64,000 nucleotides of DNA from the NCBI GenBank assembly GCA_016207165.1, contig JACQQD010000011.1, forward strand, positions 6,515 to 70,514. The letters are read 5' to 3'. Of the stretch, positions 19,002-27,778 are shown piece by piece (within the stretch, counting starts at the first letter, position 1; each line of letters opens with the position of its first letter). Under the pieces are notes generated by a model, which saw only the letters and a program-made list of their open reading frames with translations, did no database searches and was not told where the DNA came from. This DNA is from Candidatus Micrarchaeota archaeon (GTDB lineage: Archaea; Micrarchaeota; Micrarchaeia; Norongarragalinales; Norongarragalinaceae). The position numbers were made by a program, and so were the translations under genes.

Positions 19002-20189
19002 ATGACGCTACTGGAATCCGCACTCGACCAACTGGCCCACTCCCAGAAAAAACACGTCAAAACCTGGCTTCTGGCCATCCTGTTGGTCACCGCCGTTCTG
19101 TCGTTTGGCATCACCAAACTGCGTCTTGAAAGCAACCTCGCCAACGAAATGCCGCAGGACCTGCCCATCTTCCAACTCAACGACCGCCTGGCGGATGAGT
19201 TCGGCGGACAAGACACCGTTTTGCTCGTAGTGGAATTGGACGACCAGGACAACGCGTTGAATTCAATCAAGGACATTCGAGACCCCCGCATCCTGACGTT
19301 CCTCTCGAACCTGCAGACCGAACTCCAGAAAGAAAGCCTGGTGGATGAAACGTTTTCCGCGGCCACCATCGCCCAACCCTTTCCAGGACAAACCATTCAA
19401 GACGTCATCGCCTTGGGCAAAATCGTGCCGGATCTGGACGCATTCTACAACCCCGCGTACACCAAGACCATCGTCTTCATCCGAGCGGACGTCGGCGGCG
19501 GCGAAGACAAAGTCCTGGCACTGGAGAACCTCATCCAACAACGCGTCAACGACGTAGAACGCCCGCCCGGCATTTCCTTGTTCGTCACCGGCAACCCCTC
19601 CATCCAGAAACTCATCTTTTCGTTCCTAACCAGCGACGCGGCCTACACGCTCAGCCTGACGGTGACCGCCATTTTCCTATTGCTCTTGATCCTGGAGCGC
19701 TCGATTACCAAATCAATGTTGGTCATGGTGCCCACGCTGCTGGGCGTGTTTTGGGCCATGGGGCTCATGGGCTGGTTTGACATTCCGCTGAGCATCGCAA
19801 CCGTTGGATTGGGCGCCATTTTGGTTGGACTAGGAGTCGAATACGGCGTGTTCATGGTCACCCGATACAAGGAACAACGAGAACTTGGAAAAAGCCAAAG
19901 CGAATCCCTGTACATTGCGGTGCCGGGCGTGGGAACGGCCATCATGGGCTCCGGCCTGACCACCGTCGCCGGCTTTGGCGCCCTGAGTTTTTCGTTTTTC
20001 CCCATGATGCAACACCTCGGCCAAAGCCTGGCGCTAGGAATCCTGTGCAGTCTGTCGGCGGCCTTGTTTGCCGCTCCGGTCGTCATCCTGCTTGAAGAAG
20101 AACTGGAATACCGCTGGACGCACAGCCAATGGGCCAAGCTGGAAAAGAAAGCGCAACAACTCGCCTTGAAAGGGTTTGAACGACCGTGA
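19002..20189 (+). CDS. RND/MMPL-superfamily exporter, N-terminal half
   Basis: One TM, a large extracytoplasmic loop, then a 5-TM bundle. The pair resembles a split RND/MMPL transporter. Confidence 0.5.
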   Translation: MTLLESALDQLAHSQKKHVKTWLLAILLVTAVLSFGITKLRLESNLANEMPQDLPIFQLNDRLADEFGGQDTVLLVVELDDQDNALNSIKDIRDPRILTFLSNLQTELQKESLVDETFSAATIAQPFPGQTIQDVIALGKIVPDLDAFYNPAYTKTIVFIRADVGGGEDKVLALENLIQQRVNDVERPPGISLFVTGNPSIQKLIFSFLTSDAAYTLSLTVTAIFLLLLILERSITKSMLVMVPTLLGVFWAMGLMGWFDIPLSIATVGLGAILVGLGVEYGVFMVTRYKEQRELGKSQSESLYIAVPGVGTAIMGSGLTTVAGFGALSFSFFPMMQHLGQSLALGILCSLSAALFAAPVVILLEEELEYRWTHSQWAKLEKKAQQLALKGFERP

Positions 20190-21316
20190 ACGCCATCCAA
20201 AAAATTGCGGACCGATACGCGGGCTTCGTCTCCTCCAAACCCTGGACCGTGCTGGCCATTGCCCTACTCTTCTTCGTCCTCGCCGGCCTATCGGCCAGCC
20301 ACCTACAATTTTCCACCTTCCAAAACAAAGACATTTTGCCCGACGGCCAGCCGGCGGTGGAAGCGTTGCAAGTCATCAACGACGAGTTCGGCGGCGCCGA
20401 ATTTGCCACCCTCGTCGTCCAAGTCGACCCCCAGAGCGCCAATTCCACGGAGCCCCGCGACGCCCGCGACCCTCAAGTCATGAAGTACGTTCACGCCCTC
20501 GGAGCGTTCGCGAAAACCGATGACTGCGTCCAACGCGTGGACTCCGCCACCACCGCGTACCAAGACCGGTTCGGCGGTTTGCCCAAGACCACGCAAGACG
20601 TCATTGACGCCCAAAAAATGGTGCCGGGCATCAACGGCTATCTCAACCCCTCCTACAGTTTAGCCACCATCCGCATTCAAACCTTGGAGAGTTGCGAATC
20701 CGGGGAAGTCTATTCCACCATGACCACCCTCTTAAAAGAAAATCCGGCTCCGCCTGGGGTGACGGCCCACGTGGCCGGCGCATCCCTGGCCTTTGCCTCC
20801 ATTGAGCCGTTGATTTCAAAAGACAGCAACTTTACTTCCATCATATCCATGGCCGCCATCATCGCCATTCTCGTTTTGATTTTCGGCTCCCTGCGCCGCG
20901 GCCTCATTCCCTTGACCACCATCGTCTTCGGCTTGGTCTGGGGCATGGGATTCGTCGCCTTCATCGGACTGAAAATCACGCCCCTGACAGCCGGAGTCAT
21001 GTCCATGATCATGGGAATCGGAATCGATTTCGGCATCCAAGTCATCACGCGCTTCAAATACGAATTCAACGCCGCCAACCCCGAAGCCGCCATGCACACC
21101 ACATTATCGCACGTCCTGATTCCCATGACAACCACCACCCTGGCGGCCGCCATCGGCTTTGCCGCCATGAATTTGGGAACGCTTACCATGATGGGCCAAC
21201 TCGGCCAAATGATGGCCTACGGCGTGACCGCCTCGTTCTTGGCCGCCATCACCGCGGTTCCCGCGTTAACGATCATCGAAGCACGGATTCGTGCCAAGCA
21301 ACCCGCATGGAGGTAA
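20186..21316 (+). CDS. RND/MMPL-superfamily exporter, C-terminal half
   Basis: Same architecture as the preceding gene. 4-bp overlap with it. Confidence 0.5.
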   Translation: MNAIQKIADRYAGFVSSKPWTVLAIALLFFVLAGLSASHLQFSTFQNKDILPDGQPAVEALQVINDEFGGAEFATLVVQVDPQSANSTEPRDARDPQVMKYVHALGAFAKTDDCVQRVDSATTAYQDRFGGLPKTTQDVIDAQKMVPGINGYLNPSYSLATIRIQTLESCESGEVYSTMTTLLKENPAPPGVTAHVAGASLAFASIEPLISKDSNFTSIISMAAIIAILVLIFGSLRRGLIPLTTIVFGLVWGMGFVAFIGLKITPLTAGVMSMIMGIGIDFGIQVITRFKYEFNAANPEAAMHTTLSHVLIPMTTTTLAAAIGFAAMNLGTLTMMGQLGQMMAYGVTASFLAAITAVPALTIIEARIRAKQPAWR

Positions 21317-22701
21317 AAAAAATGAAAAACTGGATTACAGTGATTGGATTTTTGGCCTTGCTCTCCGTAAGCCTCTCCGCCAACGTGCGCCCCATCTTCC
21401 TGAACCAAGACCCCGACCCAGCTGCCCCGGGACACTACGTGGAACTCCGCTTCAAAGTCGAGAAAACTACGACCGCCGAAATCCGGGACATGCAATTCCG
21501 ATTGGACGTGGTTTACCCCTTCTCCTTTGACGGCTCCGACACGCCCACCCGATCTTTCGGAAGCTTCACCGGCGCCACCATCGGCTCCGACAACCAATTC
21601 ATCTTGAAGTACAAAGTCTTCGTGGCTCCCGGCGCGCAAACCGACAAAGCCGAAGTCAAGCTCTACTACCGCGACAGCGCGCAGGACTGGACGGAATTCA
21701 AGTTCAACATCGCGGTGGACGACAGCCAACCCAACCTGGTGTTAGGATCCGTGAAAACAACGCCTGACGCACTCTTTGGCGACTTTGACGGCGCCAAAGT
21801 CAGCATCGCCTTAACCAACATCGGCGACAAAGACGCCCAAAACGTGCAAGCCACACTGAGACTGCCTGAAGGCTTTGAGCCGTCTTTTGGCTATTCCGAC
21901 CAAAGCGTGTACGGCACCATCACCCAAGGATCCAGCCAATCCGCCGACTTTTACGTGGACTTGAATGAATCCGTGGCCAAAGGATCCTACCCTGCACAAC
22001 TATTCATCCAATTCAAGCACGTCAACGACCCGCAAACCGACTACCGAAACGCCTCCATTCCCGTCAACCTGCAAGTCAAAGGCCGGCCGCAATTCAAAGT
22101 CGTCTCCGTCAAAACCACTCCCGACGCGTTGCACCCCGGCACGAAAGCCACCGTCAACGTCGTGATAGAAAACGTTGGAAGCGACGAAGGAAAATCCACT
22201 TCGCTTAAAGCCTTCAAGGAATCCACGCAACCCTTTGAATTCGACGACAAATCCGACTTCATCGGCAATTTGAAACCCGGAGAAAAAGGCGAAGCCGTTC
22301 TTTCCGTCAACGTGGCCCAAAACGCGGACCCAAAAATCTACCGACTCAACGTGGAAGCCCGATCCATCTACAACGACCAAGTCGTTTTGAGCACCGACAC
22401 CATCCAATTGGACGTGCAACCCGGCGGAGCAACCGGATTTGAGGGCAAAGACATTCTTCTGGTCCTGCTCTTGGCGGCCACCGCCTTTCTTGCCTACCGC
22501 CAATTCGGGCCCAAAACCAAGGGCGGACAAATCGAAAGCAAAGATGAAAAGACTGGAAAAGACGGAGGAGACCACTCCGGGCACGGCGGACATAGGACCA
22601 GCGGCCATGAAGAAAGCACTTCAACGGGTTCCAAAACCGAGGCCGAAGAAACCACCGAACCCAAACGCAAGGTCCACGTCGTGTTGGGGAAGAAAAAATA
22701 G
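21307..22701 (+). CDS. COG1361-like cell-surface (S-layer domain) protein with C-terminal TM
   Basis: Signal peptide, repeated beta-rich CARDB-like domains and a C-terminal TM with a basic tail. The archaeal COG1361/RND exporter gene pairing is known. Confidence 0.45.
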   Translation: MEVKKMKNWITVIGFLALLSVSLSANVRPIFLNQDPDPAAPGHYVELRFKVEKTTTAEIRDMQFRLDVVYPFSFDGSDTPTRSFGSFTGATIGSDNQFILKYKVFVAPGAQTDKAEVKLYYRDSAQDWTEFKFNIAVDDSQPNLVLGSVKTTPDALFGDFDGAKVSIALTNIGDKDAQNVQATLRLPEGFEPSFGYSDQSVYGTITQGSSQSADFYVDLNESVAKGSYPAQLFIQFKHVNDPQTDYRNASIPVNLQVKGRPQFKVVSVKTTPDALHPGTKATVNVVIENVGSDEGKSTSLKAFKESTQPFEFDDKSDFIGNLKPGEKGEAVLSVNVAQNADPKIYRLNVEARSIYNDQVVLSTDTIQLDVQPGGATGFEGKDILLVLLLAATAFLAYRQFGPKTKGGQIESKDEKTGKDGGDHSGHGGHRTSGHEESTSTGSKTEAEETTEPKRKVHVVLGKKK

Positions 22702-22806
22702 CTCGAAACCTTCGTTTTTTAGGGGCCGGTTGGGCTCCTTCGTCTTCTTTTTACCCGCTGGAAACGACCAGTCCGACCTCAAGCCAAAGCACCAACCAAT
22801 TACTTT

Positions 22807-23304
22807 TCAAATTACTTTTACTTCATTTCCTTTAGGTTTACGATTGATTAACTCTAGATGAATTGCGGTAACACCTTGAATTGCTTGAAGACGATGGGCA
22901 TCCACGTTCTTGACAAGTTCGTCAGTGACTTCCAATCGCTCGTCGTGATAAACAATACGTTTTTTCGGTCGTAAAATAATCTGCCCTATCCGGGGGTCTT
23001 CAATTGCTGCTTCTTCGTGGGCAACGCGATTTCCAATGTTCTTTACGTAGTCAATCGCCGTCAAAGTTCGCTTGCGGAGTTCTTCGTCGATTTTTTCCTT
23101 TTTACAAATTTTACAAAAAACCTGTTTTTTTGCCTCAAACGTTAAACGTTCGGATAACACGAAATCTCTTAAGGTAAAGGTCTTTTCATCTTGAGGCCAT
23201 ACAAAGTAGTTTGCCAAAAAAAACTCCAAGCCTTGTTCCAAACCAGCCCTCATCCGCAGTATTTCACCGCACCTGCGATGAAAAAGAGTAACGTTTTCTG
23301 ACAT
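22807..23304 (-). CDS. hypothetical protein (cassette A of TA/defence island)
   Basis: Start trimmed to a Met that sits ~25 bp downstream of a TATAAATT box. Lower GC than the flanks. No confident domain; 'NIGNRVAHEE' is only weakly HEPN-like. Confidence 0.35.
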   Translation of the reverse strand: MSENVTLFHRRCGEILRMRAGLEQGLEFFLANYFVWPQDEKTFTLRDFVLSERLTFEAKKQVFCKICKKEKIDEELRKRTLTAIDYVKNIGNRVAHEEAAIEDPRIGQIILRPKKRIVYHDERLEVTDELVKNVDAHRLQAIQGVTAIHLELINRKPKGNEVKVI

Positions 23305-23327
23305 GGACAAAAAAATAGGGAGGGTGT

Positions 23328-23335
23328 AATTTATA
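23328..23335 (-). promoter_or_regulatory. TATA-box-like element upstream of cassette A start
   Basis: Minus-strand 'GCTATAAATTAC' ~25 bp upstream of the ATG at 23304. Confidence 0.35.
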
Positions 23336-23447
23336 GCTAAACTGGGTGACCGTGAGAAAGGTAATTTGGGAACACGCTCACGCGTACTATCTCCGGGTGC
23401 GTTCCAATCCAGTGCCACGAGTCAAGCGTTTAAAAACGTGGGGAGGG

Positions 23448-23463
23448 GTCGTGGCCGGTGAAC
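23448..23463. repeat. conserved island motif copy 1 (GTCGTGGCCGGTGAAC)
   Basis: One of four near-identical 16-mers in the intergenic gaps of the cassette island. Confidence 0.7.
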
Positions 23464-23488
23464 CGTTGGGGGCGTTTTGTTGAAGGCA

Positions 23489-23845
23489 TTATTTTTTCTT
23501 GTAGCCGAAGCGTTTGTCGTAGGCGGGGTGCGGTTCGATGTTCAAGACGAACGAAATGATTTCGATTTCCGAGTCGCCGGCTTTCAGCGTGTAAAGCATT
23601 CGCCAAAATTGGGGCAATTCCACGCGGAACAAGTTCTTTACGTCATAGCGTTGGACGTATTCCTTCGGGATTTTCTCCTTGGAAATCGGGTCGCCGTAAT
23701 GGATGTTGGCCTTGATCAATTCGACTTTCTTGTTTACGGCGTTCAGGATGCTGCGCTCGAGTTTCGACGAGGGCGCGCGCTCGTTGAGGTACCGGTAGAC
23801 GTCCTCGGCTTCCGGCGAAAGGATGACGCGGACGGCCTTGTTCAA
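23489..23845 (-). CDS. RelE/ParE-family toxin
   Basis: 'NLFRVELPQFWRMLYTLKAGDSEIEIISFVLNIEPHPAYDKRFGY' fits the RelE/ParE C-terminal consensus. 118 aa. Confidence 0.55.
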   Translation of the reverse strand: MNKAVRVILSPEAEDVYRYLNERAPSSKLERSILNAVNKKVELIKANIHYGDPISKEKIPKEYVQRYDVKNLFRVELPQFWRMLYTLKAGDSEIEIISFVLNIEPHPAYDKRFGYKKK

Positions 23846-24114
23846 AGTTCAAGACCCCGGGCAATCGCCTTTTTCAATTCCGGGTCGTCGTTTGCAATCC
23901 AGGAAATGCCTTTCAAGGAAACGGCGATCTTGTTGCTGGCCTCCAAGTACTCCAAAATCGCCTTCAGCGTGTAATGGTTGACTTGACGCGGCAACAACCG
24001 CTTCAACTCCGCCACGGTGACCACGCTTTCTTTCATGTCCGCCAACACGTTCTCGACCATGATGACGGTCTTGAGGTTCGGGGCACGCCCCACGTTTTTG
24101 TACATAAAAATCAC
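23842..24114 (-). CDS. antitoxin of RelE/ParE pair
   Basis: 90 aa. 4-bp overlap with the toxin. Preceded by a TAGTTAC/GTAACTA inverted-repeat operator. Confidence 0.45.
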   Translation of the reverse strand: MIFMYKNVGRAPNLKTVIMVENVLADMKESVVTVAELKRLLPRQVNHYTLKAILEYLEASNKIAVSLKGISWIANDDPELKKAIARGLEL

Positions 24115-24115
24115 C

Positions 24116-24145
24116 TTTAGTTACTAAGTCGTAACTATTAGTTAC
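24116..24145. promoter_or_regulatory. inverted-repeat operator-like element (TAGTTAC..GTAACTA..TAGTTAC)
   Basis: Seen directly at the 5' end of the antitoxin gene. Confidence 0.35.
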
Positions 24146-24244
24146 AAAATAGTACTTAAAGGCGTGGTTTCCAGAAAAACCAGAGCGATTCAAGCCGTGC
24201 ATGCCGATCTCGAGGAAAAACGAGGTTCTTAAGGGCGAGGAAGG

Positions 24245-24260
24245 GTGCTGGCCGGTGAGC
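24245..24260. repeat. conserved island motif copy 2 (GTGCTGGCCGGTGAGC)
   Basis: Shares the core TGGCCGGTGA with the other copies. Confidence 0.7.
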
Positions 24261-24280
24261 AAATGGGATCGCGAATGGAT

Positions 24281-24748
24281 TTAGGAAAACTTGTTTTTCA
24301 GGAAGCCGATGGCTGCGCGGACTTGGTCTTCGGTGAACTTGGGTTTCTTGAGTTTGAGTATGGACACCAGTTTCTTTGGGTCGAATTGGCAGGAAAACTC
24401 GTCGTTGACGTAAAGCAGGCTAGCGTAAAGCTCCAAGGCGTCGGGGTCTTCTAGACTGTTGCCGAAAAAGGATTTGAAGGCGTTAAGTTTGTCGGCGTCC
24501 ATGGGTTGGGACATTGTTTCGTGTTGGTAATGCGTGTAATAGTCAAAGTGCAAGTCGTAGGAGAAGGGGCCCGCGTAATGCCATACGAAAGAATAACCGG
24601 TGTCAACGCCCCATTTTTCAAGCAAGTAGGCGATTTTCTGTAAGTGCTTGCGGCTGACGTAGTCCAAAAAGGAAAGACGGCGGCCCAACAAGGATTGGAC
24701 GTCGGCGTGCAGCCGGTCCAACCGCTCTGGCACGTTCACGAAAGCCAT
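24281..24748 (-). CDS. Panacea-domain (DUF4065/SocA-like) protein, putative antitoxin
   Basis: 'KHLQKIAYLLEKWGVDTGYSFVWHYAGPFSYDL' matches the Panacea consensus (KLqKLlY...W.yGP). Confidence 0.45.
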   Translation of the reverse strand: MAFVNVPERLDRLHADVQSLLGRRLSFLDYVSRKHLQKIAYLLEKWGVDTGYSFVWHYAGPFSYDLHFDYYTHYQHETMSQPMDADKLNAFKSFFGNSLEDPDALELYASLLYVNDEFSCQFDPKKLVSILKLKKPKFTEDQVRAAIGFLKNKFS

Positions 24749-25524
24749 TACGAATCCCTCTTTTTTAACCCGTTTGGCGGGCTTAATTCGTCCAGCAACG
24801 CCTTGATTTTCCCGGGAAGTTCGAAAATGATTTCGGTTTCAACGTCCGCGTAGTTGGGTGTCGAGGAAGTCAGTATCAAGGCGTCGACGCACGAGTTGTA
24901 GACGGTGACCAAGTGCGCCATTTCGGAAATGGCTTGCACCAGCGGCATGTCTTTTTCCTCGAAGGCTTCCAGATTGTTCAACAGCGCGTGGCAAGCCACA
25001 CCCGTTAACCGAATGCGTCCAACGAGTTTCTTGTTCTTGGGGTCGTGCTGGAGGATTTGGAGGTTGTTTGAGAGTTCCGTCTGGAAAGCACGGATGAGGG
25101 CGCGTTTTTTTCGTTGGTCTCTTTCGGCAAATTTCTTGAGGTTCTTTCCAATGCGTGCAAACTGTCTTCCGGCGCCTTTCAGCGCCCAAACCGTTTCCGT
25201 GGCGTCATCTTCCCGAACGACTTCGATGCGACGCTGGGAATTAAAGGACAACTCCCGATCTTCTAGGACCGGTTGCTTGACAACCACCGACTTCAAATCG
25301 ACAAGCTCTGGCAAAAGTTCTCGGATGGCATCCAGAAACGCTTGATTGCGGTCCAAGTCGCCTTCCAAAAGAAGTTCCACGTGGCCGTCGTGCTTGAGGT
25401 TGCGGACCTGGCCCTTGACGGAAAAATCGCCGTTCTCGGCCAGCTCCTGAATAGATTCACGCAAGTTCACGCCCTGGACGTGTTCGGGCGTGTGCCCTTG
25501 GAAAACGATTTTGAGTATCTTCAT
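24748..25524 (-). CDS. acylphosphatase-like domain fused to an unknown C-terminal domain (putative toxin/effector)
   Basis: N-terminus 'LKIVFQGHTPEHVQGVNLRESIQELAENGDFSVKGQVRNLKHDGHVELLLEGD' aligns with the acylphosphatase VQGV...GxVRNxxDGSVE...EGD fold. Start set to 'MKILKIV', which sits ~29 bp downstream of a TTTTATA box. 1-bp overlap with the Panacea gene. Confidence 0.5.
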   Translation of the reverse strand: MKILKIVFQGHTPEHVQGVNLRESIQELAENGDFSVKGQVRNLKHDGHVELLLEGDLDRNQAFLDAIRELLPELVDLKSVVVKQPVLEDRELSFNSQRRIEVVREDDATETVWALKGAGRQFARIGKNLKKFAERDQRKKRALIRAFQTELSNNLQILQHDPKNKKLVGRIRLTGVACHALLNNLEAFEEKDMPLVQAISEMAHLVTVYNSCVDALILTSSTPNYADVETEIIFELPGKIKALLDELSPPNGLKKRDS

Positions 25525-25549
25525 ATCCAAGAACCCGTCCGTTGATGAG

Positions 25550-25557
25550 TATAAAAG
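25550..25557 (-). promoter_or_regulatory. TATA box (minus-strand CTTTTATAC) for the cassette C operon
   Basis: ~29 bp upstream of the ATG at 25524 and ~11 nt downstream of motif copy 3 in the gene orientation. Confidence 0.4.
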
Positions 25558-25568
25558 CATTCAGACAC

Positions 25569-25584
25569 GTCCTGGCCGGTGAAA
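25569..25584. repeat. conserved island motif copy 3 (GTCCTGGCCGGTGAAA)
   Basis: Identical 16-mer to copy 4. Confidence 0.75.
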
Positions 25585-25613
25585 ACAAAAAGAAAAGCGC
25601 CGGGGGGAGAATG

Positions 25614-25877
25614 CTAAAAGTAACTCGAATACCATTTTTCGTATTGTTTGTGGTCGCCGACGAAGTAAAAGCGGACTTGATTTGATTCGTCAAAGACGCG
25701 GTACGTGATGCGGTGTTGGCCGGCTTCGTCCACGAAAAACCGAGTGTTCTTTCCCATGTGGCGCTTCTTGGGATACTCCAAGATTTTCCGGATTTTTTTG
25801 ACGACGCGTTCCTTGGTGACGGAATCCAAGGCCTCAAAGTATTTCGGCCAATCCTCGTCGAAGCTTTCGACAAACAT
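25614..25877 (-). CDS. RelE/ParE-family toxin
   Basis: 88 aa from an internal Met. 'HRITYRVFDESNQVRFYFVGDHKQY' is the RelE/ParE C-terminal signature. Confidence 0.55.
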   Translation of the reverse strand: MFVESFDEDWPKYFEALDSVTKERVVKKIRKILEYPKKRHMGKNTRFFVDEAGQHRITYRVFDESNQVRFYFVGDHKQYEKWYSSYF

Positions 25878-25893
25878 GGTTTTGGACAGGTGA

Positions 25894-26166
25894 TTACTTG
25901 AGGTGCGTGGCGTAAGAGCCCAGGGCTTGGTCCGCTGCCAAGAGTTTCCGCTTGCCGGAGGCAATATCACGGTCGATGCGGTCCAGTTTCGCGTTGACCA
26001 ACGCCGTTTCGTCCAAAAAGCGCTTTTCGCCAAACGAGATGATGGCAAGTCGAATGGCTTCGGACTGCGAATTGGCAAAGCCTTTGGCCACCATGTCTTT
26101 CACGATGTCCTTGGTTTTGCCACGCAGAATCACGTTCATGTCGCTCAATACAATTACCTCCACCAT
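25894..26166 (-). CDS. ribbon-helix-helix-like antitoxin
   Basis: 90 aa. 'SEAIRLAI' RHH-like helix. 17 bp upstream of the toxin. Confidence 0.5.
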   Translation of the reverse strand: MVEVIVLSDMNVILRGKTKDIVKDMVAKGFANSQSEAIRLAIISFGEKRFLDETALVNAKLDRIDRDIASGKRKLLAADQALGSYATHLK

Positions 26167-26187
26167 GCATTAAATATGCTTCGTTAA

Positions 26188-26204
26188 TGATCCAATTTGG
26201 ATCA
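26188..26204. promoter_or_regulatory. perfect 17-bp palindrome TGATCCAATTTGGATCA (putative antitoxin operator)
   Basis: Lies ~25 bp upstream of the antitoxin start. Confidence 0.45.
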
Positions 26205-26281
26205 TTTACATGTAGGATCTCGGACTTTTGCATTTCAGCTTCATGATAGACACGATTGGTTGTTCTTTAATGTGGAGAGGC

Positions 26282-26297
26282 GTCCTGGCCGGTGAAA
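26282..26297. repeat. conserved island motif copy 4 (GTCCTGGCCGGTGAAA)
   Basis: Identical to copy 3. Confidence 0.75.
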
Positions 26298-26358
26298 GGG
26301 GGACGCGTTGGGTCTTACCCGTCAATTGCGGCAAAAAAGGATACAAAAAGAGGGGGGG

Positions 26359-27669
26359 TTAGAAGCGGTTTCTGGGCTTGAATCGAGAGGTTCCGGATGG
26401 GCGACGGCTGAAGTGTTGACGTGGACCGTGCCCGCCAAACCCTCCGCGGTGGCCGCCCCGTCCACCAAAGCCTCCCCGTCCACGGCCCCGTCCTCTTGGA
26501 GGCGGTCTTGCCGCGGCTCCGGTCGCGTTTTTCGCGGTTTCAGAATGCAAGGCGTGGTCCATGACTTGGATTTGTTCGCCGATGAGGCGTTGGATGTCGT
26601 TGAGGTAAGAGCGCTCGTCAGCCGCGCAGAAGGAATAAGCGGTGCCGTCGGCTCCGGCTCGTGCCGTTCTTCCGATCCGGTGGACATAAATCTCGGGTTC
26701 GTTGGGCAAGTCGTAGTTGATGACGTGGGAAATGTCGTCGATGTCGATGCCTCTTGCCGCAATGTCGGTGGCGACGAGGACTTGGACGCGGTTTTTCTTG
26801 AAGTTGTCCAGCGCCTTGATGCGTTGGTTCTGGCTTTTGTTGCCGTGGATGGCATCCGCCCGAATCCCGTGGTGGGTGAGCATGTAGGCCACCTTGTTGG
26901 CCTTGTGCTTCATCAGCGTGAAGACCAAGACGCGCGTCAAGTGGCTTTGCTTGAGTAGGGAGACCAATAACTCGTCTTTTTTGTCGGAGTCGACGAAGAA
27001 GAGGCGTTGCTCGATTTTTTCCACGGTTTTGCATTCCGGCGTGACTTCCACGCGCACCGGATCCTTCAACAAAGAGTTGGCCAGTTCCCCGATTTGGGGG
27101 GACATGGTGGCGGAAAAGAAAAGCGAATGGCGTTTGGGGGGAAGCAAAGCGATGATTTTTCGGACGTCGCGGTAAAAACCCATGTCCAGCATCCGGTCGG
27201 CCTCATCCAAGACGAAGTATTGCACGCCGTCCAATCGGATGTGGCGTTGTTGGATCAAGTCCAACAACCGGCCCGGAGTCGCGGTGAGGAAATCGACGCC
27301 GTGGTACAAGGCGCGCACTTGCGGGCCTTGGCCCACGCCGCCAAACACGACGGCGCGCCGCACGCGAAGGAATTGGGCGTAGGCGGCAATGCTTTCGTCG
27401 ATTTGGAGAGCCAACTCGCGGGTGGGCGTCAAAATCAGGACTTTCGGGGTTTTTGAAACCAGGGACGTGGGGCGATTAGTCAAGTGCTGGAGGATGGGCA
27501 ACGTAAAGGCGGCGGTCTTGCCGGTGCCGGTTTGAGCGATGCCCAACAAATCGCGGCCGTCAAGTAAAGGCGGAATGGCTTTGGCTTGGATGGGAGTGGG
27601 TGTGACGTAGCCTTGGTGCTTTAAGGCGCGAAGGATGGGTTCGATGAGGTGGAGTTGGGCAAACGGCAT
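26359..27669 (-). CDS. DEAD-box ATP-dependent RNA helicase with C-terminal RGG/Gly-Arg-rich tail
   Basis: Q-motif, 'AQTGTGKT', 'DEAD', 'SAT', 'HRIGRTARAG'. Start trimmed to 'MPFAQL'. Confidence 0.85.
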   Translation of the reverse strand: MPFAQLHLIEPILRALKHQGYVTPTPIQAKAIPPLLDGRDLLGIAQTGTGKTAAFTLPILQHLTNRPTSLVSKTPKVLILTPTRELALQIDESIAAYAQFLRVRRAVVFGGVGQGPQVRALYHGVDFLTATPGRLLDLIQQRHIRLDGVQYFVLDEADRMLDMGFYRDVRKIIALLPPKRHSLFFSATMSPQIGELANSLLKDPVRVEVTPECKTVEKIEQRLFFVDSDKKDELLVSLLKQSHLTRVLVFTLMKHKANKVAYMLTHHGIRADAIHGNKSQNQRIKALDNFKKNRVQVLVATDIAARGIDIDDISHVINYDLPNEPEIYVHRIGRTARAGADGTAYSFCAADERSYLNDIQRLIGEQIQVMDHALHSETAKNATGAAARPPPRGRGRGRGGFGGRGGHRGGFGGHGPRQHFSRRPSGTSRFKPRNRF

Positions 27670-27778
27670 GGTTTGGTTCCTGGTAAAGATTAAAGGTAGT
27701 TGCAATAAAAGTGGACGGCAGGGTTTATTTAGGTCCCAGGTTGGGCAGGCACCCGTTAACGGGTCCTCTCAATAAGAA

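Noticed and set aside
22722-22736. Fifth copy of the island motif
   Set aside because: Only GGCCGGTTGG matches (partial core). Kept as a possible degenerate boundary, not annotated as a repeat copy.
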